Shown: positions 60,505-64,000 of the stretch, piece by piece
How the letters are laid out: each line of letters opens with the position of its first letter
How positions within the stretch are numbered: position 1 is the stretch's first letter
Origin: an uncultured Methylomirabilota bacterium
Lineage (GTDB): Bacteria; Methylomirabilota; Methylomirabilia; Methylomirabilales; 2-02-FULL-66-22
NCBI GenBank assembly: GCA_963705305.1
Contig: OY970067.1
Location: 4,960,001-5,024,000 of the forward strand
Length of the DNA stretch: 64,000 nt
Reading direction: 5' to 3'
Made by a program: the position numbers and the translations under genes
The notes under the pieces: generated by a model
Seen by the model: the letters and a program-made list of their open reading frames with translations, nothing else
What the model was told of the DNA's origin: nothing
The model's database searches: none

Positions 60505-60696
60505 ATGCGAAAATCAGCCGCGACCGACAAGACGTCCGAACCGCAGCGCCTCCTGCAAGCCCGACTCCCGGCAGCGCTGGTGAGAGAGCTCCGCATCCTG
60601 GCGCTGGAGCAGGATCTGACGGTCAGGGAGCTCGTGAACCGGCTCGTCGCGGATTACGTGGCCCAGCACCGCCGCGTGGGCGGCAGGAAGGGATAG
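60505..60696 (+). CDS. Small ribbon-helix-helix DNA-binding protein
   Basis: RLLQARLP..L.RELRILALEQDLTVRELV..LVADY: strand-helix-helix pattern of CopG/Arc-like proteins. Confidence 0.7.
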   Translation: MRKSAATDKTSEPQRLLQARLPAALVRELRILALEQDLTVRELVNRLVADYVAQHRRVGGRKG

Positions 60697-60699
60697 GCG

Positions 60700-61107
60700 A
60701 TGCAGCGATCCCACCGGCAGGGGACCGGTCGGCTGGTTGGGGTGGGGCTCCTGCTCGCCTGCCTGTGGGCCGCACCGGGCTGCGGACCCGCCGCCCTGGT
60801 GGTCATGAGCATGGCCGGGGGAGCGGCGGCGGTGAGCGGCGAGCCCCAGCGCCTCTACGGGACCCAGGGCCAGGACTTCGACGAGCAACGCATGAGCGAG
60901 ATCCGGTCGGGCGTGACCACCGCGTCCGACGTGGTGCAGCTCCTCGGCAATCCCCAGACCAAGGTGTTCACGGGGGACGGGGAAGAATGGGCCTATCGCT
61001 TCTACGTCCCGCCCACCATGCTCCGCTCGGGCACGGAGAAGATCCTGACGATTCGGTTCCGCGAGGGCAAGGTCCAGGATCTGCGCTACTCGATCAGCGC
61101 CCTCTAG
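60700..61107 (+). CDS. SmpA/BamE-like outer-membrane lipoprotein
   Basis: Signal ending PGC; I..G.TT..DV..LLGNP...EEWAY...L.IRF..GKV. Confidence 0.75.
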   Translation: MQRSHRQGTGRLVGVGLLLACLWAAPGCGPAALVVMSMAGGAAAVSGEPQRLYGTQGQDFDEQRMSEIRSGVTTASDVVQLLGNPQTKVFTGDGEEWAYRFYVPPTMLRSGTEKILTIRFREGKVQDLRYSISAL

Positions 61108-61146
61108 CCGGCCCCTCCCCCCCGGCGGGCTGTCGCGTGCCGGGCC

Positions 61147-61320
61147 TCACGGGGTGAAGACCTGTTTGATTCCCCGCCCCAGCGACTGCAGGTCCTCTCC
61201 CATGCCACGCATGGTGGCACAGCCGCTTGCCCAGAGCGCCGTCAGAACCAGCAGGACTGCCACCGTCGCGCGGGCGCGTCGCGGCATCGTCACGCGCGGT
61301 GCCGGCCTGCCGCCGCTCAT
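61147..61320 (-). CDS. Entericidin A/B-like small lipoprotein
   Basis: LWASGCATMRGMGEDLQSLGRGI matches C.T..G.G.D....G..I; ATGA-coupled to the upstream gene (alternative start 61287). Confidence 0.72.
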   Translation of the reverse strand: MSGGRPAPRVTMPRRARATVAVLLVLTALWASGCATMRGMGEDLQSLGRGIKQVFTP

Positions 61321-61682
61321 CGCTCTCCCGCCCCGTTGAACTGCGCCTGCCCCCGGACCATCTCCGGCGTGACCACATACGTCCCGGTGCAGCCGAGGCG
61401 CAACAGGTAACCGGCGGTGCTCCGATCGCCATGCGTGAACGCCAGGCTCGCCCCCGAGGCCACCGCCATCCCCGGGCAGAGGACGATCGCCTTGAACGGG
61501 GCATAGACCACCGTCCCCATCCCGGCGGCGCCGGTGGCCAGGACCTGGGCCGTGGACGGGTTCGGGCTGGCCGGTGGCGGCTGGCGCTCCTGGCTCCAGG
61601 CCGAGGATGCCGGGGCCAGCAGCAGGCCTAGAGCCACCACCACGATGACGGCCGACAGGCAGAGCAAGCTCGTCCGACGCAT
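61317..61682 (-). CDS. Hypothetical secreted/membrane protein
   Basis: AGGAG RBS, signal peptide, VVYAPFKAIVLC...C.G.YVVTPE. Confidence 0.65.
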   Translation of the reverse strand: MRRTSLLCLSAVIVVVALGLLLAPASSAWSQERQPPPASPNPSTAQVLATGAAGMGTVVYAPFKAIVLCPGMAVASGASLAFTHGDRSTAGYLLRLGCTGTYVVTPEMVRGQAQFNGAGER

Positions 61683-61720
61683 CGATTCTCTCCTTTTCCA
61701 TCCCGCGAATCCTTCCCGAC

Positions 61721-62233
61721 TCACGCCCGGCGCAGGGCTCCTCCCGCTCGAACCGTCTTGCGCCGGCCGTCTGGCGGCCCCGCGGCCCGACCCGCACCCC
61801 GCCGCACCTTGGCGACGATCGTCTCCAGCGCTTCTCCGGCGCTGGCGAAGACCCGCAGGATGTCGCCCGCGCGGGCCTGCCGAAGATGCACGCCGGCCAC
61901 GACCACGGCGGTGCGATTCAGGCTGCGCGCCAGCTCGGAGGCGAAGGGCCGGGCCAGTTCGTCCTCCTTGTGTCCCAGCAGGGTCAACACCGACGTGGTG
62001 GCGCTCCGTCGGCGCGGATCTGCGAGGCTGGGGCGCGGGATGCTGACGGCCACCGCGCCCACGTGTGGCACGTCCCCGCCCACCAGGTTCACGCTGAGGG
62101 CCTCTCCGGCCACCAGCACCGTCCCCCACACCCGATGGCGCCCCGTGCCGGCGGCGAATTCGAACGCCGCCGGCACGGGGCGCGCGACCGCCGCTGGCCG
62201 CCGCCCGCGGGCGGCGGAATCCGGGCTCTTCAT
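61721..62233 (-). CDS. LpdD-like (PAC-like fold) prenylated-flavin chaperone
   Basis: GG..PHVGAVAV, SVLTLLGHKEDELA, VVVAGVH; ATGA-coupled to ubiX. Confidence 0.65.
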   Translation of the reverse strand: MKSPDSAARGRRPAAVARPVPAAFEFAAGTGRHRVWGTVLVAGEALSVNLVGGDVPHVGAVAVSIPRPSLADPRRRSATTSVLTLLGHKEDELARPFASELARSLNRTAVVVAGVHLRQARAGDILRVFASAGEALETIVAKVRRGAGRAAGPPDGRRKTVRAGGALRRA

Positions 62234-62814
62234 AGCGTGGGCGTCTGCGGACGGCCCGTTCCGGGCCATTCCGGCGCCAGGCTCTGCGCGATGCCCAGCC
62301 GGTCCAGGATCCGACCCACCGTGTGATCCACGATATCCTCCAGCGTCTTCGGACGGGTGTAAAAGGCCGGCATGGGCGGAAAGATCACCGCCCCCATCTC
62401 GGCCAGCAGCGCCAGCTGGCGGAGATGGCCCAGGTGCAGCGGCGTCTCGCGCACCCCCACGATCAGGGGGCGCCCCTCCTTCAGCGTGACATCCCCCGCC
62501 CGGCACAGCAGGGTGTCCCCGCAGCAGCCAGCCAGGGCCGATGCCGTCCGGATGCTGCACGGCAGGATCACCATGCCGGCAGTCTTGAACGATCCGCTGG
62601 CCAGGGCTGCCCCCACGTCCCGGTTGTCATACGCCCGGGTCGCCAGCGCCTCCACGTCCTTGACGGCGTAATCGGTCTCTTCCGACAGGGTCCGCTTCGC
62701 CGGCGACGTGATGATCAGGTGGGTCTCCAGGTCGGGGAGGTCGCGAAGGACCTCCAGCAGGCGGATGCCGTAGATGGTCCCGGTCGAGCCCGAGATGCCG
62801 ACAATCAGCCTCAT
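62230..62814 (-). CDS. ubiX: Flavin prenyltransferase UbiX
   Basis: IVGISGSTG.IYG, ASGSF, PCS, RAGDVTLKEGR, RETPL, PPMPAFY. Confidence 0.93.
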   Translation of the reverse strand: MRLIVGISGSTGTIYGIRLLEVLRDLPDLETHLIITSPAKRTLSEETDYAVKDVEALATRAYDNRDVGAALASGSFKTAGMVILPCSIRTASALAGCCGDTLLCRAGDVTLKEGRPLIVGVRETPLHLGHLRQLALLAEMGAVIFPPMPAFYTRPKTLEDIVDHTVGRILDRLGIAQSLAPEWPGTGRPQTPTL

Positions 62815-62865
62815 GCCTCCCCCCGCTGACCGTCCAGAAGGGCCGCCAGGACATCCGGCAGCCTG

Positions 62866-63672
62866 TCACCGGGCGCTCGGACCGTCCTGTCGCTCGCCCG
62901 CCCGCTTCCGCCGCATCAGCCAAAGCGCCCCCGCCGATCCCACCACCAGCACGGCGCTCACCAGCTGGGCGACCCGGAAGCTGCCCAGCATCAAGCTGTC
63001 GATCCGGAGTCCCTCTACAAAGAACCGTCCGATGGAGTACAGTCCCAGATAGCAGAGCGTCAGCGCCGCCGGCCTATCCTGCAGGCGCTTGCGCAGGCCG
63101 AACCACAGCAGCAGAAAAACCAGGAAGTCCCAGAGCGATTCGTAGAGGAAGGTCGGATGAAAGTACTCGAAGCGCGCCAGCTGTGGGGGCCGGTGGGCCG
63201 GATCGATGTAGAGCTTCCAGGGAAGATCAGTAGGAACGCCGAAGGCCTCCTGATTGAAGAAGTTCCCCCAGCGTCCGATGGCCTGCCCCAAGATCACGCT
63301 GGGGGCGAAGATGTCCAGGGTGAGCAGCAGCGGGATCCGGGCGCGGCGGCAATACAGCACGGTGGCCAGGGTCCCTGCGATCAGGCCCCCGTGGATGGCG
63401 AGGCCCCCCTCCCACACCGCCACGATCTTGGCGGGGTGGACGCCGTAGTAGTCCCAGTTGAAGAGCACGTAGTACAGCCGCGCGCCCACCAGGGCACTGA
63501 GGACAACCACGACGATGACGTTGAGAATCTTGTCCGGATCCTGCCCGCGCCGGATGGCCTCGCGGTGCGCCAGGCTGGTTCCCAGGAGGACTCCGGTGGC
63601 GATGAGGAGGCCGTACCAGCGAACGGCCAGCGGCCCGAAGCTGAAAGCAATTGCGCCCGGGGAGGCAAACAT
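62866..63672 (-). CDS. lgt: Prolipoprotein diacylglyceryl transferase
   Basis: VRWYG, GARLYYV, WEGGLAIHGG, GRWGNFFNQEAFG, HPTFLYES, RFFVEGLR. Confidence 0.95.
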   Translation of the reverse strand: MFASPGAIAFSFGPLAVRWYGLLIATGVLLGTSLAHREAIRRGQDPDKILNVIVVVVLSALVGARLYYVLFNWDYYGVHPAKIVAVWEGGLAIHGGLIAGTLATVLYCRRARIPLLLTLDIFAPSVILGQAIGRWGNFFNQEAFGVPTDLPWKLYIDPAHRPPQLARFEYFHPTFLYESLWDFLVFLLLWFGLRKRLQDRPAALTLCYLGLYSIGRFFVEGLRIDSLMLGSFRVAQLVSAVLVVGSAGALWLMRRKRAGERQDGPSAR

Positions 63673-64000
63673 TTCGACTCCTCTGTGGTGTGGAACCTCT
63701 GCCTGCCGGCCGGAAGGCGGGATGCCGGAGCACCCCTCGACATGGGATGGATGTCCCCCGTCGCCCGCCCGGCGGCACCGCCGTTCGCGCCACGATAGTC
63801 TTGGAGTCCGCATCAAGTCAAGCGAAAGTCCCCCGTCCCTCCCTTTGGAAGCCTGCCGATTCTCCGCCGTCCCCGCAGACCGGCACCGCCTCGGAACGCC
63901 TGCGGGGGCGCCCAGTTTGTTCCGGTCGGGAGACGGTATTCCGCGCGGCGCGGCAGGGGGGCGCCATATCCGGAAGGAGCCTGCGAGGCCGGCTAACGGC

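Overview
High-GC bacterial chromosomal window with no rRNA, tRNA, CRISPR array, prophage or intact transposase seen. The taxon cannot be fixed from sequence alone; gene style is compatible with Methylomirabilota/NC10 or Desulfobacterota (weak inference). In order it carries: a partial MDR oxidoreductase, an amidase and a lipoprotein; a liv-type ABC importer with an M20 deacylase and a PLP aminotransferase; a REC-AraC regulator and a redoxin; FadR-putA followed by a second liv importer; an RraA-family gene; a periplasmic protease/thiol-redox operon (htrA, DUF192, two M16 subunits, tlpA, ccdA, TPR); and several hypotheticals. A ~21 kb metal/phosphate homeostasis region follows: csoR-GGR-copA-radical SAM, a sigma54-driven ferritin-like pair, fur-dtxR/feoA-feoB, ppx-ppk1-HTH/CHAD and zur-znuACB. 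The window ends with an enolase-family gene plus AI-2E transporter, an RHH-lipoprotein pair and an lgt-ubiX-lpdD-like-entericidin-like string. Non-coding highlights are a 201-bp MITE with 24-bp TIRs and a 9-bp target duplication in the 3' end of livG, a three-layer nested repeat at 11.7-11.9 kb, clear FadR, CsoR, Fur, Zur and Pho-like operators, and a sigma54/IHF promoter. Four genes have broken frames; two of the breaks share the same 9-mer context. All family names come from motif recognition by eye, not database searches.
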